A DNA stretch of 15,356 nucleotides. Source: a virus. This document shows positions 15,301 through 15,356 of this stretch, piece after piece. How positions within the stretch are numbered: the stretch's first letter is position 1; each line of letters opens with the position of its first letter. The stretch is taken from UHGV virus genome UHGV-1950618, one strand, 5' to 3'. Position numbers and translations under genes: made by a program. Below the pieces are notes generated by a model. That model had not been told where the DNA came from. It was given only the letters and a program-made list of their open reading frames with translations, and ran no database searches.

Positions 15301-15356
15301 TGGCGGGGGGGTTTTTGGCCCCCCGCGGCGCCCCCCCCCCGCCCTTTGCCCTCTCT
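12314..15356 (-). CDS. tail tape-measure-like large virion protein, partial (N-terminus off-window; possibly P1 Sit-like)
   Basis: I checked every in-frame triplet from 14744 to 15356 and found no stop, so the 809-aa track ORF (GTG at 14743) is an internal start artefact; at least 1013 codons lie in the window. It has Gly/Ala-rich segments, a Lys/Gly/Glu-rich low-complexity region, a coiled-coil-like stretch, and directly precedes the baseplate genes. Confidence 0.65.
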   Translation of the reverse strand, partial: ERAKGGGGAPRGAKNPPAITYPAPDNERKTPDNAPGSAKAFTEAVKEKSVRAIEEQTKVLQRNDSQIIDELETVSEEIRKLRKSQESGLKLSDLLGGGGLRTKISPTRGRSSARGGNTGRTGDSKENKGKKGKNTSKPTETGRSQEGKEGKKNQPGKNNSAGEEKNRTKNAGGNEGSTSPKSSGDKSSVKTRAGKVTEESVAKTVTGGAAGKDAGKAATFAGESLTRKEAGKVAVATGETIAKKEAGKVALKAAGGVAARAGFRAIPVIGQVAMVGYDAVDGYSDTEAQRATYNLKEGQDVTTQQKSAYAAANVLDMGGLVTGAANLIGEGMSALGFEGVGQKLQSLDTSNIARGINSSIDASKNAFSSLKESFSSSSEGTAQVKKAVEDGTKQTVAAINDLARQLQGGRRGEDGVGEHGYKSPDEFKAPEKNTITADLNIGGSNAKNRNYRNNNLGNLVFANQEGAVLEAPNAKGEQRFARFNTPEEGIRALANQVSSYYNGTSAAAGYQKLQTVSSIISKWAPPTENNTNQYIENVSKYLGVSPNDKIDVSNPEVMTHLVRAIATKEGGNPAVNNNFIKTALGSFNAKTGRWEGQFNDETLEHINKIQKEKGGPLIARNSQYSVGSKVKYANGSSSAIPASSVAQAVMPSPTDVVQHAQAAKKPKAAQQENAQAISHAKASGNSSAAAGLTERLMSADGVGGVIAGIVGGDPNMGLNLGPVSSPEEMSSLAAKAKQLDKFLVEKISRATGKNFSFQKAEQIADITTAIQQKRNVNRDTETIGLLPESPATISEKRATSTPAGVQMYDNGYKVVEGEDRGFFGSLFDSTVSGLNQVGSAVLPAVGDNLSRLVGGIDSTGMLNDFVLQSSGQNTDVARAISPLTRSVGGWLNGGIQKTADTIRDTTGAINQSLFASGVAAKEPFLAMPPQLPIVTDLARSGIRQMLTTDTANNDPAMLKALENVYSVLKEILGVSKDNRKGDQDKVVNTSQPQPRQRASTTINDPSLDKLLED
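15301..15356. other. homopolymer-rich window edge (G7, T5, C6, C10 runs), likely a sequencing or assembly end artefact
   Basis: tggcgggggggtttttggccccccgcggcgccccccccccgccc is atypical for the surrounding coding sequence and sits at the extreme end of the window. Confidence 0.4.

Overview
Almost the whole window is a minus-strand late/structural block of a tailed phage or phage-plasmid with a contractile-tail-type baseplate. No rRNA, tRNA, CRISPR array or transposase was seen. Read in the direction of transcription (high to low coordinates): (1) a very large tape-measure-like virion protein, open in frame from the window edge (15356) to its stop at 12314, so its N-terminus lies off-window and the 809-aa ORF in the track is a truncation; (2) tightly coupled baseplate genes: gpW/gp25-like 124 aa, J-like 476 aa, 280 aa, 148 aa; (3) a repeat-rich 875-aa tail fibre and a 140-aa tail-fibre assembly chaperone with lower-GC distal parts; (4) a ~460-bp non-coding spacer carrying two terminators; (5) a five-gene overlapping accessory operon (3-TM holin-like 108 aa, TM-anchored 148 aa, 205 aa, 650 aa, 123 aa) closed by a terminator; (6) a separately transcribed 461-aa protein with a ParB/Srx-like N-terminal motif; (7) on the plus strand, the 3' part of a hicB antitoxin gene cut by the window start. 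The most interesting part is the accessory operon at 1854-5547. By gene order, sizes and an internal paralogy (the 205-aa protein resembles a segment of the 650-aa protein) it looks like the phage P1 lydA-lydB-hdf-darA-ddrA lysis-timing plus virion-packaged antirestriction cassette, and the tail block resembles the P1 sit / baseplate / R-S-U region without a cin invertase. These P1 assignments rest on recollected gene order and sizes, not on alignments, and must be confirmed by homology search; if they fail, the operon is a candidate uncharacterised membrane-associated accessory system. All functional calls are from reading translated sequence by eye.
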